A DNA stretch of 61,594 bases, counting the filler, from Stramenopiles sp. TOSAG23-3 (lineage: Eukaryota), in assembly GCA_900128585.1 (NCBI GenBank). It is 14 parts of 14 records of this genome, joined end to end, with 100 filler letters (N's around TTAATTAATTAA, not from the genome) between each part and the next. Parts side by side here need not be neighbours in the genome. Positions count along the whole stretch, not along the records: positions 39,710 to 44,008 come from LT643878.1; positions 44,109 to 48,405 come from LT643879.1; positions 48,506 to 52,802 come from LT643880.1; positions 52,903 to 57,198 come from LT643881.1; 10 more parts are not named here. One strand, given 5' to 3'. Below are positions 42,657-53,239 of this stretch, piece by piece. The position numbers were made by a program, and so were the translations under genes. Below the pieces are notes generated by a model. The model searched no databases, was not told where the DNA came from, and was given only the letters and a program-made list of their open reading frames with translations. Numbering within the stretch: position 1 is the stretch's first letter; the number at the start of each line of letters is the position of its first letter.

Positions 42657-44008
42657 CTATCTATCTTCAAAATCACTATCTCGTGGTTCAGAGTTTTCGA
42701 TCACTTTTAACGCTTTGATGGTTCTTGAATATTCTTCCGGTGAAGCACTTACTTTGAATTTCAATTTTTCCAGACATTGCCATTCGAACGCGTTTGCTTG
42801 AAGGTCGTTGACAGGCACATCCAACGTTTTCCATATTTCGTTGATATTGTGAAGTGCAGCACCTCCGTGACATGATTTATGGGATATATTTAGGGCTGCA
42901 ATTAATAACGGTTGCCAGTTTTTGGTGTGCAAAATTATTTGCTTTTGTGTTACCATTCTACGAATTAGCGCCGCGCAGACTACCCCACTCTGAAAAGAAG
43001 CCCCACCTTCTGAAGCAACACGTTTGCAAAATTTGAAAGCCTTCCTGAAAGATGGAATATGGCTATCAAATGCGGTGCTTACAATATTCTGGAATCCCAT
43101 GTAGGCAATAGCTTCCGTAACTTGAAAACTCCGATAAAGTGAGACCTGAGCCAAATTTTCTGGGCTTTGCATCAAATCGTAGATGAACACAGAAACAGCA
43201 TACCAGAAAAATGCTGTTCCAGTGTCGGTGGATTCATGGGGGCGAACCAAAGGTCCTTCAGAGTTTACCATTTCCAGAGATACGCATTGTGTCGACAAGA
43301 TCCTACCTTCGTTCGATCTATGCTGCTTCATTGCCACAATGCTGTCCTCAGAAAACGATGACAGTGGGTCAAACCATTCCTGAAAATCCGACAAACTTTC
43401 GGGGCAAAGCCAAAGACTTTCCTCTCCAAAATTTACTTCAATGCCTCGATGCGGTAGAACTTTGTCATAATACATTTTGACGAACTTGGCACGCTTTATT
43501 TCCGCTATCAAGTCGGGATATCCTGTAGGATCATCGAATACTAGTCGATTTGCATACTGTTTCAACTTGCCGTCTGCATATAAAGCAAAGAAATGACGAC
43601 TAGTGGCCTCACTTGTGATGTTCCCTAAGCTATCACTTCTAGATGGCCCTACATGCTGTCGTATCAGCCACCCACATACTTTCGTCTCCATATTACCACC
43701 TTTCATTTCTCGCCGCGACTTTCCCGCCATCTTTTTTTTGCGTACTCCACTATGATAATTAAATAAATGAGACGATTTCACTATTGTCGAATCCTTCTCT
43801 TCCTGTTTTCCAATCTCCCGCCTATTAGCGGCTTTCTTCACATAATAATCGGCAAAAGCAGTACTATCTAACGACTCATCTACGACCAACTTGGTCCAGC
43901 CAAAACTATTTTCATCCCGATCCGTACGAATTACTTCTACCATATCGACATTGTAATCGTCTACGTTTGTTACCAATGTCTTTACAGCATCGATGCTTTG
44001 GCTTCCCA
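42657..44008 (-). CDS. PH domain plus cyclin-Y/PHO80-like cyclin box, 5' partial
   Basis: PH: GWLIRQ...RHFFALYADGKLKQY...WLCPESLSDFQEWF. Cyclin: LIRRM..ILHTKNWQPLLIAALNISHK...NAFEWQCLEKLKFKV. Confidence 0.7.
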
Positions 44009-44407
44009 NNNNNNNNNNNNNNNNNNNNNNNNNNNNNNNNNNNNNNNNNNNNTTAATTAATTAANNNNNNNNNNNNNNNNNNNNNNNNNNNNNNNNNNNN
44101 NNNNNNNNAAGAAGAAGAAGAAGAAGGGCAGCAGCAGCAACAACAAAAACAAACAAATAATTTCAAAATTTTAACACGGCCATAGCATTGAAGAAAAGAG
44201 GTACAGAGTTATTGAGAAAAGTCACCAAGAATAGAATCCCCGGCCAGAGTGAGTTGTTTACAAAGAAAGAAGAGGAGGTTCAGTTAATCGGTTTTAGAGA
44301 GAGATTTATTTGCACGAATGTCGTGCGAAATTTTTTTAAGCTTGCTCACTTCTACACGAACTTTCGTAAATTAACTTTTGTAATCTCTCGCGCTTCACAA
44401 ACGCGTT

Positions 44408-45892
44408 TTAATTCTCTTTATCTCCTTTCGGAAGGCGATACATGAGGATGGCAACAAGAAGGCTCAAGAACGCAGAAAAGAAGAACAAAATTTGCACCTG
44501 GGACGTGTAAATTTGCAGTAGCCCCGTAAAAATATTCGGCGCAATGAATCCGGCGATGGATTTGACAGAGAACAGCGCCCCCTGCGTTGCCCCCTGCTCT
44601 TCATCGTCGACATTGTTGGCCTTTAGCGCCGCGATGGCGGGGAAAACAAAGAACGTCCCGTTCGACAGCGTTCCTGCAATAATGTACACCGCCAATTTGG
44701 AGATGGCGCTCGAGATGGTTCCGGCCTGAAACAGGATCATGATCAGACCGTTCAGCGAATCGTTCAGTATGGCGCACACGAGGGCAAACGCTAGGAGGCC
44801 TCGGGTGCCAAGGCAGCCGAGCAATGGCTGGACCAATAGCAGCTGCGTGACCGCAGAGGTCGCAAAGACGACCAGAAGAAAGTTCCCCAAATCGTCCTGG
44901 CCGAACCCAAACCCAGCGTTCAAGCCGTACATAAAAAGGATCTCCACCCCCGACCCCACTGCGGCCTGAAGGAACGCCATGCCCGCCAGCACCCTAAAGA
45001 ATGGCGAGCGGTTTAATATCGACATTGCCTTTCTAAAATCGGTCGAGACGTTCCTGCAGCAAGCACGGTCATGCGTTTTCCCCACGGCGGAAAGGTTCGT
45101 TTCCGCCGCGTTGTTCAAAGCGTAGTAGTCCACTCTGTCCCCCGCCGCAGAGGTTGGTAGAGCTTCCCCGGAATGGTACCGCGGAATCGACAACGATTGC
45201 GGAAGGAAGCATGCCAGCAGCAACTGGACGCCGGTCAAAAGGACGGCAAAAGTGTACGTACTTTCTACACCAAAGTTGTCCTGAATAACCGACCCAATTT
45301 TTGGGCCGGCCATGAGCGAGACTTCAAAGGTCGCCAAAACGATGGAGAACGCCGCCGCGCGGTTCTGCGGCGAACAAATGCCGGCAAACGTGCTCAGCAC
45401 AATCGGGAGGAACCATGTAACGCAGATTGTGCTGCACACGTAATAGGCCCATAGCCAGAACATGTTCCCCGCGTTGTGCACGGCGACCCAGATCATCACG
45501 GCCGGCGGCAGCGACAAAACCGTGGAGGCGACCAAGAGCGTTTTTGGGCCGACACGGTCAGCGAACGCTCCCGTCCAGGGCATTATGAAAAACGAAAGGA
45601 CGGAGCCAATCGACCCAGTGTATCCATCCATGCTAGCGGCTTGGGCCAGCCCACGTTTGCATACGGTGGATACATTCGCCGGCGGAAGTTCCTGAGGGCA
45701 CGCGACGTCTTCAAAAGGGCGCCCAGCAACGTCCGCCGCCCAGCTCCGCTGCATGAAAAAGGGTTGGACCGCGCTGGTGACACCTCCAGCGAACGACCCG
45801 ATCAGTATCCACAAAAGGATCATCATCGGCGCCGTCTGGCATATTTCGTTGACCAGACTCTTGCGCGGCGCGTTATCATCAACGTTTGCCAT
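44408..45892 (-). CDS. Major facilitator superfamily transporter (TetA/MFSD14-HIAT1-like)
   Basis: About 12 hydrophobic segments, motif A GAFADRVGPK, and EQGATQGALFSV..IAP. ATG at 45892. Confidence 0.88.
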   Translation of the reverse strand: MANVDDNAPRKSLVNEICQTAPMMILLWILIGSFAGGVTSAVQPFFMQRSWAADVAGRPFEDVACPQELPPANVSTVCKRGLAQAASMDGYTGSIGSVLSFFIMPWTGAFADRVGPKTLLVASTVLSLPPAVMIWVAVHNAGNMFWLWAYYVCSTICVTWFLPIVLSTFAGICSPQNRAAAFSIVLATFEVSLMAGPKIGSVIQDNFGVESTYTFAVLLTGVQLLLACFLPQSLSIPRYHSGEALPTSAAGDRVDYYALNNAAETNLSAVGKTHDRACCRNVSTDFRKAMSILNRSPFFRVLAGMAFLQAAVGSGVEILFMYGLNAGFGFGQDDLGNFLLVVFATSAVTQLLLVQPLLGCLGTRGLLAFALVCAILNDSLNGLIMILFQAGTISSAISKLAVYIIAGTLSNGTFFVFPAIAALKANNVDDEEQGATQGALFSVKSIAGFIAPNIFTGLLQIYTSQVQILFFFSAFLSLLVAILMYRLPKGDKEN

Positions 45893-46334
45893 GTCAAAAC
45901 AATACAAGCAGATATAAACACGGTTTCAGCGCAAAAGAATGACGTCGGTCAGTTTTCTGCTGTATGTAGTACGTTGAAAAGACTTTCAACTTCTCCCTAC
46001 GCTCTGACAAAAGTGTAACTTCTACTTCGTAACTTTTAAACCCGGGTAAGCGAATTGTGTTCGAATGGTCAGCCACCCATTCATTTTAGGAACCATTTTT
46101 TGTGTCGTTGGTGGGGGGGGTAAGACGAAGAAGAAAATTGTGAAATATTATGCTGAAATATCAATGCTGTGTAGTGTTATGTTTATATTTAAAAAAATTG
46201 CGAAAAAAAAAGGAAAAAAAAAGAAGAAGAAGAAAAATATTTTTTTAAAGTTATATTTGGTATATTAAAATAGACAGCGACTATTATTTGTTGTTGTTGT
46301 ATATTTATAGATTATCTATCTCGTCTTCTTCTTT

Positions 46335-48158
46335 TTAGGCAACAAAAAAATAATTCGATGCCCCGTCCCGATCCACAAACCAGATCGTGCAGTAGTAAAT
46401 TTGGTACATGTAGAGCAAGAAAATGCTCTTGAACACGACTTTGGTCATGCGAAGGGATGCAAACCGCAACCCACCAAAGTCAATCTCATTCTTCAGCTGC
46501 TTGCACAAAACATCGATCTCATGAACCGTGCTTTCGAGCTCTACGATACGGTCCTTTTCTTCTTCCAAGTTTTCCGGGGCAACGTTTTTTAAACTTAAAT
46601 TTAAATCGTTTACTCGAACGATTATCGAAGAGCTTACCTTCAACCACTCCTCAATGTGGCGCGAGGTATGGTAATTGACACTTGCCCCCGTCTTAAGGGC
46701 ATACAGGATGAGTCCTTGTGCCACGTACACATGGACCAAAACCAGAAGGACATAGAGCAGCGGCGCCCCTGTGTCCACCATTGCAGTTGTGGCCAGAACA
46801 AACGTAAAAAAAATGGAGCCGGTAAGCGAGGCGGCACTGTAGACAACGCAATATTTCAACGTCTCTTCGTCCGATTTTCGCAGAGCAAACCGCAAGCGCT
46901 GCCATGCCACAACGTCTTGAACACGATTAACATGAAGTTGGTGAATAATTCGTCCCATTCTCATCTCAAAGTAGAGAAGCTTCGAGAAGAGAGCGTACGG
47001 GAGCGCGCAATGGTGAAACCACTGCCTCAGGACATTCAACTTGATAAACATGAGGACGCAAAAAATGACCCACTCGTACCATTTGGGCGACGCCGTCTCC
47101 ACCATCAACAGCATCCCGACAAACCGGGCAGCAGCATAGAGTGCACTCACAACATCCGCTGTATGGTGAACTTTCCTTATCAAAGATTTCTTGAAAGGTG
47201 ACCCATGCGACATATCGAATCCGCGTAGAATAGCCAAGCCAAGGGAATTTGAATTTACTTTGCGAACGGACAACTCCTCCGCCAGATTAGAAACTGCCCT
47301 AGGTCGGGAGGCGAGTGACGTGGCGCTGTTATGGATGACCACGCTTGGGCAGTTTCGTTCTTTCACCAAGCCCAATGTCAACGTGAAAACATCGACCTTG
47401 ACTGCCTGGATGCCCTCTACCGTCCTTTCGAACTGGGACATGTACACATTCATGCTATTGGGTGTCCGGCCGAGCATTCCCGTTTGCAATAGCATTGGCG
47501 CTAATTTGCTGCCAAATGGGCTTTTATGCCCCTGGAATAAAACCTTAAACTCCATCTCGTCCGTCAATCCATACTTTAACGTCATGTACGCGAGGTACAT
47601 AACGATCGGGAATGTGGTCACATACAGGTCGCACCAGTTGTAAATTCCTGAGAGCATGTTGCGGTAGCAATAAATGGCAATCGACAGCGGCAGGGCGTAG
47701 GAATGGGACAGAATGTTCCGGCCCATTCGCCCCTTTAAATCCCCGCAGGTGACCAGGAACTTACGTTTCAACGCTACTTTTAGCCCCACAATGGGAACCA
47801 CAAATATCGAACTGATCGGCGATCCCAAGAGAAGGAACAATGCATGAATGTAGAACGCTTTGAAGGCCTGCGAAACGCTGAAATCGCCAACGTAGTAGTG
47901 CGCGCTGATGTAATTCATGTCGTTGTATTGTTGTTTGTTAATAACCTTGGCTAAAAACGCATCATCGGAGCCACCGCTGCCGAAAGAGTACTTGATCCCA
48001 TTTGTGTCCTCCCTCTCGACGTTGACCGTTGCATCTTCCGATTCCAATTCCAGCGGCAGTGGCGCGTCTTCATCGGTTGCTTTTAAACCACCACCACCAC
48101 CACCATCATCACCACCGCCGCCATTTTGACTACCGCCTGGTTCCGCGACAGTTCTCAT
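46335..48158 (-). CDS. Multi-pass membrane protein, candidate PHTF/7TM-ion-channel (gustatory-receptor-like) fold
   Basis: Seven or more hydrophobic segments, a long internal loop, and a C-terminal pattern VQDVVAWQRLRFAL ... TGASVN ... helix ... LRFASLRMTKVVFKSI. The confidence applies to the family call; the gene itself is clear. Confidence 0.55.
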   Translation of the reverse strand: MRTVAEPGGSQNGGGGDDGGGGGGLKATDEDAPLPLELESEDATVNVEREDTNGIKYSFGSGGSDDAFLAKVINKQQYNDMNYISAHYYVGDFSVSQAFKAFYIHALFLLLGSPISSIFVVPIVGLKVALKRKFLVTCGDLKGRMGRNILSHSYALPLSIAIYCYRNMLSGIYNWCDLYVTTFPIVMYLAYMTLKYGLTDEMEFKVLFQGHKSPFGSKLAPMLLQTGMLGRTPNSMNVYMSQFERTVEGIQAVKVDVFTLTLGLVKERNCPSVVIHNSATSLASRPRAVSNLAEELSVRKVNSNSLGLAILRGFDMSHGSPFKKSLIRKVHHTADVVSALYAAARFVGMLLMVETASPKWYEWVIFCVLMFIKLNVLRQWFHHCALPYALFSKLLYFEMRMGRIIHQLHVNRVQDVVAWQRLRFALRKSDEETLKYCVVYSAASLTGSIFFTFVLATTAMVDTGAPLLYVLLVLVHVYVAQGLILYALKTGASVNYHTSRHIEEWLKVSSSIIVRVNDLNLSLKNVAPENLEEEKDRIVELESTVHEIDVLCKQLKNEIDFGGLRFASLRMTKVVFKSIFLLYMYQIYYCTIWFVDRDGASNYFFVA

Positions 48159-48344
48159 TTCCAACTAAAGTACACAAACTGCACCTCCGTTCTCGATTCT
48201 GTTTGAAATGATGTCGTCTGTGTTAAAAAAAAATTGTCTCCAAAAACATTTGTTTTGATTGATCGCTAATTTGTTACCCCACTGATAAAAAAGAAGAAAA
48301 TTAAAAACAACGAAGAAGTCTATCTAGTACGAAGAAGAAAGAAA

Positions 48345-48405
48345 AAAAGAAAACAAACAAACAAACACAAAAACAAACAAACAAACAAACAAACAAACAA
48401 ACAAA
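48345..48405. repeat. (AAAC)n microsatellite at contig end
   Basis: AAAC run up to the linker. Confidence 0.9.
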
Positions 48406-48505
48406 NNNNNNNNNNNNNNNNNNNNNNNNNNNNNNNNNNNNNNNNNNNNTTAATTAATTAANNNNNNNNNNNNNNNNNNNNNNNNNNNNNNNNNNNNNNN
48501 NNNNN

Positions 48506-50397
48506 CTGCCCTGAAAGCCGGGGTGTCGAAAACCAGCAAAACGCTAGAAAGCGAATTAGAAGCGGCATTAAAGCGTCTAAAGAAGGCTGAGGCGGCCAAA
48601 AGCAACGCAGAGGATTTGGCAGAGGAGGAGGCGTCCAAGAGCCGCCAGAATATAAAAGATTTGCAGCGCCAACTCGCAGAGTCCCGAGAAGGATCAACTG
48701 GACGAGAAAAAGACTTGATGGCCACAGTAGAGCGTTTGAAGAAAGAAATAGCAGGCAACGACAAGAAGGAGGTGGTAAGCGCTCTTCAAACAGAAGTCCC
48801 GGCCAAGTCTCAAAAAGTTCAAGATAGTAGCGAGGCTCAGGAGATGAAAAAAATGGTTGCAGCCATGAAAATGAAGCTTGAAGTTACCGAAAGGAAGCTA
48901 CGCGATGCAGAGCGATTAACGAGTGCAGCAGAGGAGCGCGCCGATCGGGCGGAATCGACAGCCACAGAAACGAACGTAGAAAATGAGCTAGCGACGTCGT
49001 TAGGGATACGTGTATATGAGCTAGAGCGCGATAAAGATAAGCTCGAAGCAACTATTCGCGACGCCGCGGCAGACCGAGATTTGTTTAAGACGCAAGCTGA
49101 AGCGGCCCTAAGGGAGAGATCCCAAGTTTTGGATCGCATAAAAGTGGAGCAGCAAAGAAACGACGAATTGGTATTTCAGCGGCAACGGCTGTCCGAGGAA
49201 AAAATCAAGCTGTCCGCTCAGCTCGAGCAGGCCCGTCTGATAGAAGAAAGGGCCAAAGAGGAAATAACAACCCTTCAGGACCGCCAAAATCTGTTCAGTA
49301 ACACTGTCAAGGTGGTGGAGGAAGACAGGCTGAGGGTTGATGAGCTTTTGAGGGTGCAAAAGGACAAAATGAAGAAGGAGCACGACACTATGGTGGAAAG
49401 CTTGCGCAAGGATTTGATGGAAGAGCGCCTCAAGTCCGGCGGAAGCAGCAGTGGTCCTGACTTGAATTCCAGCGCTGCAATGGTTGGGTTGGAAAATCAG
49501 CTCCGGTCAGAATACGAATTGCGGATCCTGGCACTGCAGGACGAAATTCAGTCTTTGCAGAGCGGGGAAAAGCCCACAGCAGAGTCTAGCGCGAACAGGA
49601 ATGTTTCTTCCTCTTTGATATCTAGCCAGATACAGGAAAACAAATCGCTCCGCGCACAAATACAAACCTTGCAAGATCAAATTCGCCGCATCAAGAGGAA
49701 CGGGGAAGACGAAATAAACTCTTGGAAAAGGCGCGCCTCGGACCTTTCCGCAGAAGCGGAGGCCCTGCGACTGGAACGGAATGAACGAAAAGTTGAGCTG
49801 AAAGAACTGCGAGAGGAATGGAAGATGCTCCACAAAGAGTTGCGCGATGTCAAGGTCCAGGAATTGGTTGCCCGAGAAACTGCCATGCGCGCCGAAGCAA
49901 AACTGGAAAAGAACGACTCGACGGACGAAAACGTTTCGCGCCGAATGAATTCTTTTTTAGGGGATATGCGGACATTAGTGGAACAGGTTGCTTCGTTTCA
50001 GCGCAGCCCCGCACGCGCGTTGATGGACACTAGCTCGTACACAAACAATGTGTCTTACGACGGTAAAAAGTTGTCCTTCTCACCGGCGCGAAACGAAGTG
50101 GCGCCGCCACCACCTGTTCCTCGGTATCAGCTGCACAGGAGTTCCGGTGCCCCAGGACTTCCCAACCCTGTCGTAGACAGCGGTAACACGCGCCTTCTCA
50201 ACCTTAGCAACAGTTCAGATGATGCCGCCACAAAATTTACGCGGGGGGGAAGGTTAGACCCCTCGGAAAAGACAATGCAATCTTTGATGGAAAGGGTTGA
50301 GAGCGAACGTGTCCGTAGTGCAAATGCAAGGCGAGAGGTAGAGATGTTGCGTGCAGCACTACACGACCAGCAGCAAAGCAACCATAATTTGAGATGA
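48506..50397 (+). CDS. Long coiled-coil protein of unknown function, 5' partial
   Basis: E/K/R/Q/L heptad composition over about 480 aa, then a Pro/Ser linker and a terminal helix. Confidence 0.8.
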
Positions 50398-50480
50398 TTC
50401 AAACGAGGGGCAGAAAATTATAGTTGAGGGCCCGCTGCAAATATTTGTGCATCACGCGCGGGAAAAATTAATAATTCTTT

Positions 50481-50520
50481 AACAAGAAAAATTGGCTGTT
50501 ATTTTATAGTAATTAAAATT
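50481..50520 (+). repeat. Dispersed conserved intergenic element, copy 4
   Basis: AACAAGAAAAATTGGCTGTTATTTTATAGTAATTAAAATT. Confidence 0.8.
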
Positions 50521-50706
50521 AAAGAAAAAAAGAAGGTGTCAGTTCAAGAACAATATGATATCTCCTCCTATTGCAGATCCTCCCCAAGTTCTGGTCAAGA
50601 TTAATGGCTGGGTTCTTTTAAGCGAACGATGCAAAGTCTCGCGTTCCTGCAACTTTTCCATTTTGCTCCAATGCCCTTCAATTGCTTTTGTGGCCCCGCA
50701 ATCCTC

Positions 50707-52802
50707 TCAGCCTTCGAATATTTCCCATCCCGTATGCGGTAAAATAAATTGCTCAAAATCAATAGCAGATTTTGCTACCCTATCAATAGCAATCGTTGAT
50801 GTTTGGACTGGCCGGCGGCGATGCATCTTCTCCATTTGCTGAACAACTGGCCCGGACAAAAAGTCGCCTTCGGAACTGATCAGAGCCGAACCGTAGGTCA
50901 TCATCATTTTTAAAGGCAATTTCTGTTTTCTGAGTTCCAAAGCCACTTCAACGATGTTTGAAATTGACCTGGAGATACAAACGCGTACTGGTTGAAACAG
51001 AGAGGTTTTTGTAGGACCAAGAGAGAGCACTAGCGGAAATGCGTCGGCGTCTGTGTTTTTCTCTTTGTGTGGATTTCTTCTATTCACAATATTGTGCACT
51101 GCGCGATCAAAATTGGCACAGTTTTGCATTTCTTCGCACACTTTATATATGTATTTTTCGTCTTTGAAATGGTTACCAAGAAACAACTTTGGCGTGCTAG
51201 GCTGATGCCATGGAAGTGCGCCAACAAAGCTATTATTTTGTCCACATCGGATCACCAGCACTCCCACTTTGCGCCAATACATTGCTGCAACATCACACCA
51301 CATTTGACTCACCACTTTAGCACGGTTAAGACCCGTCCTTTCAGTTATTAAACGAGAAAAGCATTTCTCGATATTAACACTCTCTATAGAGTTCAGCTCG
51401 TGAGATATAACAATATTCTCAACAACAGCAGTTTGTTTTTGATTTGAAAGTAGATGCTCATGTCCCATCCTAACATCCAAAGTGTAGTAACCCTTTGTTA
51501 CTTTACTGAAGTACAGTTTTCTGCCTAAGTCTTTGGACAATTCGTCTTCTACTTCTTCCGAAATAAACACCAAAGACTTGTTACCTGATGCCCATAGTGC
51601 GGGTCTGTGAGAACTCATAGCATACAGCTGGCGATGTTTTCCATAGCGGTGGTGCGTCACGCCACATTCGTGCCGTTGTCCATATGAGAATCCAGAAAAC
51701 GTGTCCACAAAAATGGTCAAGCGATGCTTGCCAAGGCCGTTTTGATTGAATAATTTCTTGATAATCAGGCTTCCATGGACTGCGTCTTCCGAGTTATCAA
51801 AAACGGCAGTAAAATGTGACAAGTCAGCAGAAAATCCGCACAAGATGCCTTTACGGGTTTCTATAATTGGCACTGCCAGCGTTTCCATTTGCTTGCATAA
51901 GGTAATTTTTTCTATGGAATGACGACACGCAGCCGTTATGTTTTTAGAAGAAAACCCCGAAATCTTGAACAGGTGTTGCTGGTCAATGTGCAACGATACT
52001 GAAACCATGACTTTACAGGCCTTTATGGATTCAAACATTGCATTCTGAGCTTCTTCAAAGCTTTTTTGCGTTTTCATTTTGTTAATCCAAGACGGGTCAT
52101 TCAAATGTGCTGTGATACCAAACAGTTGTTTCAAGATTGCATTCATTTCTTCTTCAAGGCGGTTGAGCAAGGTTTCCAAGCCCTTCTTTTCTGACACTAT
52201 GGAATGTAAGGAGGTCTCGTGCTGCTCAACATTTTGTTTGCAAAGAAGTTCTTCGTCAAATTTTTCTTTGTATTGCATTTTCCAATGAATGTAATGACCC
52301 TTCCTGTTTTTCATTTCCTTGTTTAGCCTTTCTAATTCATTTATTTCTGTTTTTAGACCACCGCACGATTTCCACAATTCAAGGCAGCCAAACAGCCATT
52401 GGCCTAATCCCAGGGCGACGTTATCCCCCGCTTTATGTTTTTTTGCTTTTTGGCGCTTGTCAAACACATGGCGCCACTCCTCACCGAATTGCCGCACCGC
52501 CTTTCGAATGCTCTCACTGACGTGTTCCACATTTATTTTTTCAAGCCGGTGGATAAATATTTTTAAGCGCTCACCACTTTTCGTATTTGGAAAAAAGAAT
52601 AAAAGTTTTCTCGCGTATTCCCATTCGTCGTCACCTATAAGCTTTAGAAATGAAGGGTGTTTTTCTTTGTGCTTTCCTTTTTTTTTCCCCTTGTGTTTGT
52701 GTTTGCCGGCCACGTGCTCAACTTTGTGCTTCTCTATTTTGGGAGGCGTACCGCTTCCTAAAATCCAGCCAATAGCAGACAACAGAGGTTTCACGTCTTT
52801 CG
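50707..52802 (-). CDS. Hypothetical protein: dynein MTBD-like region, coiled coil and two degenerate class III cyclase-like regions, 5' partial
   Basis: MTBD-like: LLSAIGWILG...WEYARKLL...FIHRLEKIN...ALGLGQWL. Cyclase-like: ISGFS, FTAVFDNSEDAV..L, LVFISEEV, MMTYG..GDFLSGPVV. The confidence applies to the domain calls. Confidence 0.5.
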
Positions 52803-53239
52803 NNNNNNNNNNNNNNNNNNNNNNNNNNNNNNNNNNNNNNNNNNNNTTAATTAATTAANNNNNNNNNNNNNNNNNNNNNNNNNNNNNNNNNNNNNNNNNN
52901 NNTATAGTTAGTTAATTCATTCATTCAGAACGTATTTATATTATAATACTGTAAAATATATTTTTTTCCTATTTAATTTTTACTTTATAATTGTTTGTTG
53001 ATTTTTTGCTGCTAAATAATACTCGCCCACCGCGGCGCGGCGGCTAATTATAAATACCAGCAACAACAACAAAAAAAGGAAAGAAAAGAAAAGAAGAAGA
53101 TCTGAGCCTGTTTATTATTTATTATAATAAATATATGTGTTACAACAAAACGACTAAATTAAAAACAAAATGCAATAGTAATATACAAATTTGTATGATA
53201 CGACTGATTTATTATAGGAGACGAAGTATTCCTGTGCTT

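Noticed and set aside
50520-50706. Open, coding-like sequence beyond the TGA of the 50707 gene (readthrough or frameshift)
   Set aside because: Two frames stay open briefly, but there is no motif or homology support to choose either.
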